From IMG/VR virus record IMGVR_UViG_3300010938_000025: DNA of 64,000 nucleotides; one strand, given 5' to 3'. Of this stretch, positions 55,459 to 64,000 are shown piece after piece. Below the pieces are notes generated by a model. It was not told the DNA's origin, made no database searches, and was given only the letters and a program-made list of their open reading frames with translations. A program made the position numbers and the translations under genes. The DNA is from an uncultured virus (IMG/VR IMGVR_UViG_3300010938_000025). Lineage: Duplodnaviria; Heunggongvirae; Uroviricota; Caudoviricetes. How positions within the stretch are numbered: position 1 is the first letter of the stretch; every line of letters begins with the position of its first letter.

Positions 55459-56494
55459 AGATACCCTCCAGTAAGTCAATGCTCCGTTCCCAGTCCATTC
55501 TGGCGGCATACTCCAGACCGTTTCGGCTGAGCTGCGCGCGTAGCTCGGCCGAATCTATCAGGCAGCGGGCATTCGCCACAAACGCCTCCAGATCGCCATA
55601 GGGAGATACCAGACAGTTGTACCCGTGCAGTAAGTCATCGTCCCCACATTGAATGGCCCGGCAGACAGGCAGGCCACAGGCCATCGCTTCCAGATCGACA
55701 CAGCTGCGCCCCTCGAAGCGGCTGGCTTTAAGGAGCATATGGGCCGACGAATAAATCGTGCGTAACTCCGTCTGGGTGGGGGACCGCCAGAACATATCGA
55801 AATCCATGTAAGGTGGGTACTGACTGACACCCCACACGACGAGTCGGTCGCCGTAGTAAGACCTGAGAATGCGAGCCGCCCGCATGGCCATACGCTCTAC
55901 GTCCTTGGCCTCATTGGCCAGGTGACCTTCGATCAGAACGACAAACTTTGACGGGTCGAAGGCATACGTCTCGCGCAGGCGCGGGTCTGGGAAAAACATG
56001 GTCCGGTTGACGCCGTTCGGCACAATCGGCACGTCCACGTGGCCGCGTCGTTCCAGCTCCAGTTTGAGCCAGCTGGAAATCGCAATCGGCCTGAGCTGAC
56101 ACTCTTGCGGATGCAGGTAGCGTTCCACCGATTGTGCCCAAATCGGATTACTCTTCAAAAAGAACAAATGTTCAAGCATCTGACAGGCGGCGAACTTACG
56201 CCCGCCCGGCATGAGCGAGACGATTTTCCAGGTGTTAATCTCGGTGGCCAGTAAGACGTCCCGTGCGGTCGCCGAGCGCATACGTTCCAGCATGTACTCG
56301 AACGGCACGATCTCGAACTCAATCGGCATCCAGGTCACAATGCGTTCACCGGAGACGGCGGCCAGCGAGCACGGCCAGCCGCGCCGGCTAAGCCGGTTCA
56401 GCCACTCGAAGATCACTCTGACGCCGCCCATTGGCCCCAGTGAGTAAATCAGGGCCATAACCCTGGGCGGCGAGTCCATACTCGTAAAAGACAC
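55448..56494 (-). CDS. Glycosyltransferase, GT4
   Basis: GGVRVIFEW, VPNGVN, EGRSCVDLEAMACG. Confidence 0.9.
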   Translation of the reverse strand: MSFTSMDSPPRVMALIYSLGPMGGVRVIFEWLNRLSRRGWPCSLAAVSGERIVTWMPIEFEIVPFEYMLERMRSATARDVLLATEINTWKIVSLMPGGRKFAACQMLEHLFFLKSNPIWAQSVERYLHPQECQLRPIAISSWLKLELERRGHVDVPIVPNGVNRTMFFPDPRLRETYAFDPSKFVVLIEGHLANEAKDVERMAMRAARILRSYYGDRLVVWGVSQYPPYMDFDMFWRSPTQTELRTIYSSAHMLLKASRFEGRSCVDLEAMACGLPVCRAIQCGDDDLLHGYNCLVSPYGDLEAFVANARCLIDSAELRAQLSRNGLEYAARMDWERSIDLLEGIFGC

Positions 56495-57557
56495 GACTAT
56501 ACTCCTGCAGGTGTCGGTCGATGTCGAGTGTTTCGGCCCAGGCCTGTCCGGCCTGGGCCAGGCGCTCGCGGGTCCTGGGCTCGGTGAGTATGGTCAACGT
56601 GGCCTCGCGCCAGGCGCGAGGCGTCTGGACCAGGTAGCCACCGGCCGCCTGACGATAGACCGGCACATCCGAAGCCACCCACGGTACGCCGCACGCGGCG
56701 TACTCGATGAGTTTGATGTTCGACTTATGCATGTCATAGGCCCCATACATGGGGGCCAGACCCAGATCGAAGTTGCGGATGGCTTTAGGCCACTCGGTGA
56801 AAGGCAGTGTCCCATAGTACATGACCTGTTGGGCCGGGAGTCTCCGGGTGATGGCAGTGTACACGTTTTTAGCGCCGTATATGGCCAGTTGAGCGTGCGG
56901 GAAGCGCTTCAAGACGGTGGCCATACCAGACAGCACGCCGCTCTTGCGCCATGACACTTCGTGCATCAGGCTACCTCCCCAGCCGATCACCGGTGCGACA
57001 TCGGGTCGGGGTGTTTTGGGCTGCGACCAGCTTTCGAGTGACAGGTCCGGATAGTTCGGCACCACCACCATACGGCCGTACTGGCCATACCGGTCGGCCA
57101 GAGCCTGAGTCGGTACCAACGCCGCCGAGAGCAGACCCAGCGCCTCCGTCCATTCCTTAAAGACCTGGCGTCCCAGGGACACAACGTGGCCACAAGCCTG
57201 GCGTTGTTTATTCCGGCGCCAGATCAGATACGCCTGGGTGGGCTCGGCCGTGCGCGGGATGAGGTCATACGCATCGTCAAACGTGCCGAAGACCGGTAAT
57301 CTCCCTTCCTGACACAACTGGATGATCCACCTGGCCTCACCGAACACACGTTCTATGACGACCAGATCGGCCTGCACCAGGAACCGTTCCAGCCAGTCCG
57401 GGCCGCGCTCGATGGCCGTACTCGTGTGGATCACCTGACTGTCTATCCCGGCTCGCTTAAAGGCAGCGACCGGGATCAGGACGCGCCACATGGACGAGTT
57501 CATGGCGAGCACGTCGTCGCTCATCAGCCAGAGCAATTGTGGCGTTACTTTTGCCAT
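56388..57557 (-). CDS. Glycosyltransferase, GT-B fold (GT4-like)
   Basis: FDDAY, IGWGGS..H, DLGLAP, KSNIKLIEYAACGVP. Confidence 0.88.
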   Translation of the reverse strand: MAKVTPQLLWLMSDDVLAMNSSMWRVLIPVAAFKRAGIDSQVIHTSTAIERGPDWLERFLVQADLVVIERVFGEARWIIQLCQEGRLPVFGTFDDAYDLIPRTAEPTQAYLIWRRNKQRQACGHVVSLGRQVFKEWTEALGLLSAALVPTQALADRYGQYGRMVVVPNYPDLSLESWSQPKTPRPDVAPVIGWGGSLMHEVSWRKSGVLSGMATVLKRFPHAQLAIYGAKNVYTAITRRLPAQQVMYYGTLPFTEWPKAIRNFDLGLAPMYGAYDMHKSNIKLIEYAACGVPWVASDVPVYRQAAGGYLVQTPRAWREATLTILTEPRTRERLAQAGQAWAETLDIDRHLQEYSRVFYEYGLAAQGYGPDLLTGANGRRQSDLRVAEPA

Positions 57558-57853
57558 GTGAACCAGACCAGGGTACTCCCGTTCTCAAGTTTCAGGCAAT
57601 AGCCCTGTGTGTCACCGGTCAACACGTATACGGCCGGGCAGGTTGTGTCGGTGGACACGCTCAGTGGCCTCAAATTGACCGGCGCGCCCAGGGCCTGGAC
57701 GGTGAGCGTGGCCACCTCACCGGGCGCCAGGTTAATCTTGGAGACACCGAACTCAAGTGTAGCCGGGGCCGTCAGGCTACTCGCCACCAGAATCAGGCCG
57801 AAGACGATCAGTGCGACCAGGACTAAACTGGTGAGTCTCAGTAATCTCAGCAT
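57545..57853 (-). CDS. Small exported/membrane protein
   Basis: N-terminal hydrophobic helix. Confidence 0.55.
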   Translation of the reverse strand: MLRLLRLTSLVLVALIVFGLILVASSLTAPATLEFGVSKINLAPGEVATLTVQALGAPVNLRPLSVSTDTTCPAVYVLTGDTQGYCLKLENGSTLVWFTWQK

Positions 57854-59762
57854 GGTCAACCCCCAATTCAAAGATACAGGCCAACTTTGAGCCGTGGTAC
57901 ACATTCACCCGTTCGGGGTGAGTCTCGGCGTGCAGTGGATACCAGTTGAGTGTGAAGGGATGGATGGTCCGATCCGCGTCACAGGCTTCGCAGTTGCTCA
58001 GGCTGCGCTGCCAGCCGGTCATACCCAATTCCGTCAAAGCCTGCCACAGGCCGATGGTCCAGGCCAGTTGCACGGCCGTTCTGAGGGCCTGTGGACCGGC
58101 CTGGGTCAGCCATTCACGGGCAACCTGCACTGCCCGTTCAACGTGGTCTATAGCGCACGTTTGCGCCCCGCTGACGGTCTGATAGCCCAACTGACAGGCT
58201 TCGGTGCACAGGATACGTCCCAAGGCGGACAGGGCCTGAGCATCCTGTACCGCTTCGGCCTCACGCAGGGCGCGTAACAGGTGTCCCTGCATGGCCCGGC
58301 GGGTGGCCTGTGGGACCTGGTCATCTGGGGTGCGACCGGGGAAGCTTTGCGAATTCGTCTGAACCCGGCCACCTGGCAGGACGGTTTGTTGGGCAAAGCT
58401 GGCCTTAGGTGTGCGCAGGTAGGCGGTTTCGAGCTCTTCTTTCAAGTTCTCAAGTTCGACGTCCGGGTCATAGCCGACTTCTTCGAGGGCTGTACGCCAC
58501 GAGAGGCCACCGAAGCCCAGTAAAGGCGCGATCTGCTCTTTGATCAGGTCGGCGGCGCGGAGGGAGATAGGTGCCAGGCGGATACGCGGTTGGGCCTTCC
58601 TGAGGGCCGGTGAGCCGGCGCGTTGGGTATAGAGGGTCACCCACCAGTTCAGCCAGTTGGTAATCTGCCCGCGCAAATAGTCCAGGCGCTCGATCAGGAT
58701 GCGAGCATCCATTTCGGCGTCTCCGCGACCGGTACTGCCGCGGCCTGGGGTTTCGCCTGAGATAATCCGCACGGAGATACCGAGCTGTCTGAAGATATGG
58801 AAGGTTAACTCTAACCATTTCTCGGTCGCCATCAGGCTATCGATAGTCGCGGGCACGAACTGTTGCACCTTGATATTATCCCGCCAGACCAGATAGCCTG
58901 TCCGGTCGCCGGTCGCGCCGCGCAATTTCTGGGTCAGGAGGGTTATCTCGCCGGCCTGTGGGTTCGAGAGGGTAAAAAGCCAGAACTGACCCTTGATGCC
59001 CTCGATCAGGCCGCGGGACATTTCTTCCAGGACCCAACGGGTTGAAATCGCGCGGATGGCGCGAGCAATGGGTGGGAACGCATAGCGTTCCCACGGGAAC
59101 TTGCGTTGGGACAGGTGGCGTACCAGTTCGGTCTTGAGTGGAATGATCTGGGCCTTCTGAACGATCCGGGTGGCGTAGTCGTCGGCTAAAGCCTGATAGA
59201 AGGCCCTCGGATACGCATGTTCCTGCTGGAGTTCCATCAGCAGTTCTTCTGAGGTCAGCAGGCCCATGTTGCGTTGGCCGACCGTCTTGACCTCGCCCAC
59301 CGAGACATTGGGTGGATACAGGTGCAGGATACCGGCCGGGGTTTTACCGTCGAACAGGGCCACCGGGAAAGCGTTCCCGTAGACGCCCAGGGTCAGAAGC
59401 AGGGTATCCACGGTCTCTTCAATCTTCAGCAGATCGAACAATTCCCTGATCGCTTTTCTGACACCCACATCGCGTGTTGAGATGATAAGCGGTTTACGGC
59501 CGACGTCGATGGGTGCGGTGACCGTCTGCCAGACGTCGCCATCGCTGCGGCAGATGACCTCACACAACTGCATGGCTGCGGCAATATCAGACGGCACCGG
59601 CCGAGGCGTCCCCGTTTCTACGGCACCGGCAGTCATCGAGCGAATCCGGTCCAATTGGGCACCGCTGATCGCGTGCTCGATAGACTGGATGGCATCGCTG
59701 AGCGGCAGGCTGGCTTCGATCTTGAACGTGTTTTCGAGTTCCTGCAGGATTGCGTCAGTCAT
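57777..59762 (-). CDS. Portal protein with C-terminal extension
   Basis: After terminase; LGVYGNAF motif; 661 aa. Confidence 0.75.
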   Translation of the reverse strand: MTDAILQELENTFKIEASLPLSDAIQSIEHAISGAQLDRIRSMTAGAVETGTPRPVPSDIAAAMQLCEVICRSDGDVWQTVTAPIDVGRKPLIISTRDVGVRKAIRELFDLLKIEETVDTLLLTLGVYGNAFPVALFDGKTPAGILHLYPPNVSVGEVKTVGQRNMGLLTSEELLMELQQEHAYPRAFYQALADDYATRIVQKAQIIPLKTELVRHLSQRKFPWERYAFPPIARAIRAISTRWVLEEMSRGLIEGIKGQFWLFTLSNPQAGEITLLTQKLRGATGDRTGYLVWRDNIKVQQFVPATIDSLMATEKWLELTFHIFRQLGISVRIISGETPGRGSTGRGDAEMDARILIERLDYLRGQITNWLNWWVTLYTQRAGSPALRKAQPRIRLAPISLRAADLIKEQIAPLLGFGGLSWRTALEEVGYDPDVELENLKEELETAYLRTPKASFAQQTVLPGGRVQTNSQSFPGRTPDDQVPQATRRAMQGHLLRALREAEAVQDAQALSALGRILCTEACQLGYQTVSGAQTCAIDHVERAVQVAREWLTQAGPQALRTAVQLAWTIGLWQALTELGMTGWQRSLSNCEACDADRTIHPFTLNWYPLHAETHPERVNVYHGSKLACIFELGVDHAEITETHQFSPGRTDRLRPDSGGE

Positions 59763-60039
59763 GCTTATCCTCTGACCGATACTGCGCCATCAGCTTGGCC
59801 GGGCTCAGGCCGTATTCCAGGTCCAATCTGTGCCAGGCCGTCGCTGCATCCAGGCCGTTCAGTTCGGCCGGCCAGTCGGTCCAGACCGGAAGAGAATTAC
59901 GGATTTTCACCTGTCTGAGTTCGCCGTCTCCCAGGTGATGACAGAGGAGCAGCAGGCGGAACATCGCCGGGTGAAGACGCGATGGCTCAAGACTGATTTT
60001 AGACAAGGTCACCTCCGAACAGTTCCCAGGGCGGCACAT
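59755..60039 (-). CDS. Hypothetical protein (start uncertain)
   Basis: ORF between terminase and portal. Confidence 0.45.
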   Translation of the reverse strand: MCRPGNCSEVTLSKISLEPSRLHPAMFRLLLLCHHLGDGELRQVKIRNSLPVWTDWPAELNGLDAATAWHRLDLEYGLSPAKLMAQYRSEDKHD

Positions 60040-61810
60040 ACCGACCGGGGGCAGCCGGTCCGAGCTGTAGCCAGCCTAGCTCCTGTAGTTGTACCGTCTG
60101 CTGGGCGGTCGCTCTAATCCTGGAAATGCGCAACAGGCCGGACTGAACCGCGCGCAGCGCATCTGAAGCATGATCCTGCCCGACGTCGGGTGGGACATAG
60201 CGGACCGTACCGGTCGGGGAGCGCGTTTCGGTTGTACCGGCCAGTTCTCTCAGCAAGCCTTCATCGGCCCGTGCCAGAATGATCGGGTTAGAGAGGGCCG
60301 TTCTGGTTCCATCCAGTACGGCCTGGCCTGCGGCGAGAGACTCTTTCAGCATCTCCGTATAGTACTGTTTGGCCTGAACGGTCGCTTCGCGCAGGTTTTC
60401 TTCGGCGACCGGCACGTGGCAGGTATCACAGATGTACACATCCTGCACTCGTCGCACCGCGGTGCGACAGACGCGGTGCAACTTAATCCGGGCATCGTTG
60501 ACCGTACCGGCGAAGCCGGCGTCAACCGCGAAAGTCTCATACGCGAACTCACGGTACTCAGGGGCAGACTTGAGATCGTCCAGGATACCTGCGCCTGAGC
60601 CATGTGCTTCAAGCACGATAATGACCGCCGGTTCCGGCAGGACAAACGCATTCAGAGTGTGGACCAATCTGGCCTGATACGGCAGGCGAACCCGGTACAG
60701 GTCCAGTCTGGCCAGTTCTTCCCAGCCGCGGTCCGTCTCATAGAAGACGAGCAGCACGGTCGGGTCCGGCGAATAGCCGATGTCGCCGCCGATCAGCCAA
60801 CGGCGGGCGCGTTTGCGGACTTCGTCAACCGGCAGATTCAGGTATAACTGCAGGTTGTTCAGGTGCATCTGCACCTGTTCACCGGTCAGGCTGATGTGAA
60901 TAAAGGGGATGTCTGCCACCCCGATCACCGGAAACGAACTGACCGCTTCATCACCCCATTGCCCTAAGACCTGAGTGATGTAGGACTGAGAGTGGAGCCC
61001 GCCGTGCTTCTGAATTTCTTCCGCTCGGGCCGATTGGGAAAAGTACACGGGGTTGATGAACGTCGGATAGTTATGTCGTGACCAGTCGCCACCGTACTGT
61101 CGGGTCTGATCGACGGCCCAGAAGGGTGTATTCCGGTTACCGTTGGGCACGCCGGCCCACAGCCAGCGGCTGCCGGGCAGGGCCGTATTCAGGCGTTCTT
61201 TGAACGCGGCCCAATTACCGTAGGCCCCTTCATCGCCCAGCATGAAACTGCAACGTGGGCCGACCATAGATCGGCCGGTATGCGACTGACCTTCGATCCG
61301 CAAATACCACACGAACGTATTGCCATTGCCCTGATTGAAGGTCAGGATATTCTCCGAGCGGTTGAAATCCATAAGCATGGCTCGAAACAGCGGGACGGTC
61401 TGCAACTTGGATTCAATGCGGTCAATGATGGGGCTTAAGTGGTGTTCGTTGGGCGTAAAGAAAAGGGCTTCGGTGCGACCTTTGGGGCGGGCGGTCAGCG
61501 GCCAGAAGACGAGTCTGGCCTCGACGTTGATGGTTTTGGCCAGCTTGCGTCCGGTGCAGTACTGGACTTTGGGATTGCGGTCCAAAGCCATCAGACGTTG
61601 TCGCTCGCTGATCACCTGTCGGCCGCGCCAGGTCACCGGCAAATCCGTGCGGTCTTCAGGCACCGTTAATTCGTGTGCCCAGAAGTGCTGCATGAACAGC
61701 AATTCATTGGTTAACAATATGCCTAACTTCAGTTCCTGCAGGCTCAGGCGGCGGCGTTGTTTCAACATGCCAACAGATTCCGTCCGGTTCTGCGACCAGT
61801 CCTCCCCCAC
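59999..61810 (-). CDS. terL: Terminase large subunit
   Basis: GRKLAKT, MLGDEG, GVPNG, GGDIGYSPDPT, DHASDALR. Confidence 0.88.
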   Translation of the reverse strand: MGEDWSQNRTESVGMLKQRRRLSLQELKLGILLTNELLFMQHFWAHELTVPEDRTDLPVTWRGRQVISERQRLMALDRNPKVQYCTGRKLAKTINVEARLVFWPLTARPKGRTEALFFTPNEHHLSPIIDRIESKLQTVPLFRAMLMDFNRSENILTFNQGNGNTFVWYLRIEGQSHTGRSMVGPRCSFMLGDEGAYGNWAAFKERLNTALPGSRWLWAGVPNGNRNTPFWAVDQTRQYGGDWSRHNYPTFINPVYFSQSARAEEIQKHGGLHSQSYITQVLGQWGDEAVSSFPVIGVADIPFIHISLTGEQVQMHLNNLQLYLNLPVDEVRKRARRWLIGGDIGYSPDPTVLLVFYETDRGWEELARLDLYRVRLPYQARLVHTLNAFVLPEPAVIIVLEAHGSGAGILDDLKSAPEYREFAYETFAVDAGFAGTVNDARIKLHRVCRTAVRRVQDVYICDTCHVPVAEENLREATVQAKQYYTEMLKESLAAGQAVLDGTRTALSNPIILARADEGLLRELAGTTETRSPTGTVRYVPPDVGQDHASDALRAVQSGLLRISRIRATAQQTVQLQELGWLQLGPAAPGRYVPPWELFGGDLV

Positions 61811-62696
61811 TCCCCAGGTCGGTCACCTTAGACATCAACGTCAGAGTGAGGTACTGTTCACAGCGTGGGCATTGCAGATAAACCTTAAACGGTCGGGTGG
61901 GAAACCCGAACCAGATCACACCCAACAGAATACCGCAGTGCGTTACCTCAAGCAGTTCTCGTTCCAGTAAGGACTGCGTTTCTTCGATCAGAGAGCGTAC
62001 CAGGCTGAGTCCGGTCGCATCGCCCTGTTCTCGCTCGGAGCGCATGATGCCCATCGTCTTCTGCAACTGACGATGTTCCGCCGAGAGTGACTTCAGGGCC
62101 TCTGAGATACTGGTCGTCAGGCTGATGACAGTCGGTTCGGTGCGACCTGACAGCGCGACCAGCTGGTCTCCCAGGAGCTCCATGCGGACTTCCATCACCG
62201 CCAGTGTCCGAATGGACGCAATATCATTGGGGCCCTGGGCGTCATACGCATCCATGTACTCTTTGATGCGTTGCTCAACCCGCGCCCGAATGTCTTCGGC
62301 CGGCACCGGGGTGATAAGCGAACCCAGCATGGCGTCCTGGCTCGGCACTACGGTCAGTTCAACACCGGCCGGGCTGGCTGAAACCGGTTTTAGCTGCCCG
62401 GTCTGAGCCAATCCGGACTGAAAGCCTGCCTCCAGCTCTTCTAACTTGCGCTGGAGGGCGTACATGCGTTCTTCCTCTTCGGTCACCGGACTGCCAGCGC
62501 GTTCTCTAATCCAGCGCGCAATCTGCTCATCGGTCACGTTCATCTTCTCGTAAGCTTCGCGCGCGGCATCCACGTCGGCCAGACCGGTGAAAGCCCGCCA
62601 GGTACCGGCCAGATGATGATAAGGAGCGATGCGGCTTGTCGATATACCGTAGATTTTGCGAATCTTCTTCGGTTTCGACTTACCCGATCTGGCCAT
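61704..62696 (-). CDS. Putative terminase small subunit / helical protein
   Basis: Immediately upstream of terL; helical; C-terminal CPRC; function from synteny only. Confidence 0.5.
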   Translation of the reverse strand: MARSGKSKPKKIRKIYGISTSRIAPYHHLAGTWRAFTGLADVDAAREAYEKMNVTDEQIARWIRERAGSPVTEEEERMYALQRKLEELEAGFQSGLAQTGQLKPVSASPAGVELTVVPSQDAMLGSLITPVPAEDIRARVEQRIKEYMDAYDAQGPNDIASIRTLAVMEVRMELLGDQLVALSGRTEPTVISLTTSISEALKSLSAEHRQLQKTMGIMRSEREQGDATGLSLVRSLIEETQSLLERELLEVTHCGILLGVIWFGFPTRPFKVYLQCPRCEQYLTLTLMSKVTDLGSGGGLVAEPDGICWHVETTPPPEPAGTEVRHIVNQ

Positions 62697-62970
62697 CTGA
62701 CTCCAGCGCACCGACTACCTGCAGCGCTTCCTCCGGCGAGTGCACAACGGCCACCTGACCCCGCCAGTCCGCGTGCCAGTCAATCTGGTCGGGCGTGAGT
62801 ATACCCTGCGGGTGCTTGACCTCCAGCAGAAACGTCTGCCCCCGATACCCAACCAACAGATCGGGACAGCCGCCTCCCACCCTGTGCAACGAGTAGACAC
62901 TACACCCCACAGCCCGTAATGCCCTGACTATTTCGGACTGGTTTGCATCCGTCCTGCCATTGCGCCGCAT
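62680..62970 (-). CDS. PD-(D/E)xK endonuclease (VRR-NUC/resolvase-like)
   Basis: DANQSEIV, GCPDLLVG, LLEVK, LTPDQ. Confidence 0.85.
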   Translation of the reverse strand: MRRNGRTDANQSEIVRALRAVGCSVYSLHRVGGGCPDLLVGYRGQTFLLEVKHPQGILTPDQIDWHADWRGQVAVVHSPEEALQVVGALESDGQIG

Positions 62971-62976
62971 ACCCCC

Positions 62977-63005
62977 ATTGTACTGTGCATGGTGACATTT
63001 GTCAA
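62977..63005 (-). promoter_or_regulatory. Promoter for the packaging/late operon with TGACA-NN-TGTCA palindrome over the -35
   Basis: Minus strand TTGACA-17 bp-TACAAT. Confidence 0.75.
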
Positions 63006-63058
63006 CTTTGTGGCACACTCAGCCTCAAAAGATTAAGCCAACCCTTCAGCCAACCACT

Positions 63059-63086
63059 TTGACCCGGCAATGATTTGATGTATAAT
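63059..63086 (+). promoter_or_regulatory. Divergent rightward promoter
   Basis: TTGACC-16 bp-TATAAT. Confidence 0.6.
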
Positions 63087-63118
63087 TGTTGCAAATTACC
63101 TGTCTTTCAGGAGGCCGA

Positions 63119-63355
63119 ATGTCCACCGTCGTACACCTATCCGCCACCGAAGTGCGCCGCAACGGCATGAAGCTCACCCAACTCGTCGCCCGCGGCAATC
63201 CAATCATCCTGACCCATTACCGCAGTCCTTTCGCCCTGGTCATCCCGTTCCCCTTCAGCCTGGAACAGGCCCGACAGACCATCGTCCAACTCGTCACCGG
63301 CGCCTATAAACTGCAACCAGAACCAGAACCAGAACCAGAACAAATGGACCTGTAG
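63119..63355 (+). CDS. Phd/YefM antitoxin-like protein
   Basis: LSATEVRRN...VARGNPIILTHYRSPFALVIP; AGGAGG RBS; PEPEPE tail. Confidence 0.7.
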   Translation: MSTVVHLSATEVRRNGMKLTQLVARGNPIILTHYRSPFALVIPFPFSLEQARQTIVQLVTGAYKLQPEPEPEPEQMDL

Positions 63356-63358
63356 TCA

Positions 63359-63952
63359 ATGCCCGACTTCATCTTAGAACCACTGGATACCAGACAGCGC
63401 GCCATCGGTAGCTTCCTCGTGCACGTGGCCGGCTTTGACTCCATCCTCTGCCTGCGCACCTCACGTCGCCTGCCCGAGTCCGTCCTCCAACACATCCGCC
63501 AATCCGCCGAATCCTCCTCCCCACCCACGACCATCCTCGTCGTCCCCGACTACGTCACCGCCTGCCGCCTCATCCCCATCGACCCTACCCTCGATCCAGC
63601 CTCCACGTCCGCCTCCCTCACCCCACCTGACCGGCTCCCCCCTTACCAATCCCCACCGGCCCCACGCCCAACCACCGTAGACTTCTTAACCTTCACCAAA
63701 GACCAACTCCTCGCCCTCGCCGCCGACGAAACTTACCCACCTGTCCCTCCCCTCTTCATCCGCGCCGCCCTCGCCTTCGCTCAAGACTTCTCCCGCTCCG
63801 ACTTCATCCTCCCTTCCCAACTCCTCCTCTCCGGCCACTGGCCTCACCTCGACGCCATCCTCCGCCCTCTCAACTTCCATATGTCTGCCACCGAAGCCAT
63901 CATCAACTTCCTCATACCTATCATCACCAGCTACGAACAACTATCGCCCTAA
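63359..63952 (+). CDS. Hypothetical Pro-rich protein in an extremely C-rich region
   Basis: 197-aa ORF directly after the Phd-like gene; may partly reflect base composition. Confidence 0.5.
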   Translation: MPDFILEPLDTRQRAIGSFLVHVAGFDSILCLRTSRRLPESVLQHIRQSAESSSPPTTILVVPDYVTACRLIPIDPTLDPASTSASLTPPDRLPPYQSPPAPRPTTVDFLTFTKDQLLALAADETYPPVPPLFIRAALAFAQDFSRSDFILPSQLLLSGHWPHLDAILRPLNFHMSATEAIINFLIPIITSYEQLSP

Positions 63953-64000
63953 ACCACTCCACCAATTCAAACTTGAATACCACCCACCTCCCCCAACTAT

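Noticed and set aside
63316..63341. (CCAGAA)n microsatellite as a regulatory repeat
   Set aside because: Four in-frame copies encoding a PEPEPE tail; no evidence for more.
1..64000. Stop-codon reassignment, or phage-encoded DNA polymerase/primase
   Set aside because: Genes are full length under the standard code and end at all three stop codons; no polymerase or primase motifs were recognised by eye.

Overview
The window looks like most or all of a GC-rich, temperate, tailed (siphovirus-like) phage genome, possibly with a plasmid-like lysogenic state. The host cannot be determined from sequence alone; a monoderm-type host is only a guess from the amidase, holin and M23 content. The + strand arm (about 0.5-20.6 kb) follows an 86-bp-period TGACA/TGTCA repeat array. 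It carries a J-domain + vWA gene pair, a repressor with divergent promoters, a ~1.15 kb ORF-poor hairpin-dense region, ParB-like, DnaB-like and SSAP-like genes, a tRNA-like element, many small accessory genes, two DNA methyltransferases and a Phd-like/FtsK module. The - strand arm (about 63-20.6 kb) is the late operon: nuclease, terminase and portal, then a ~12.7 kb insert (6 glycosyltransferases, 3 SAM methyltransferases, a radical SAM enzyme, 2 Dam-like MTases, lysis genes), then protease/scaffold, capsid, neck, tail tube, a frameshifted tail chaperone, tape measure-M23, hub and fibre genes. Highlights: (1) a tyrosine recombinase inserted antisense in the tail operon with a 34-bp 13-8-13 loxP-like site over its promoter; (2) the glycosylation/modification island; (3) a 7x 17-aa beta-strand repeat protein that may complete the adjacent fibre domain in trans; (4) a candidate large structured ncRNA or origin; (5) a single gene apparently inserted into a hairpin with a 17-bp duplication. 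All protein calls are by-eye motif recognition; no database searches were run.
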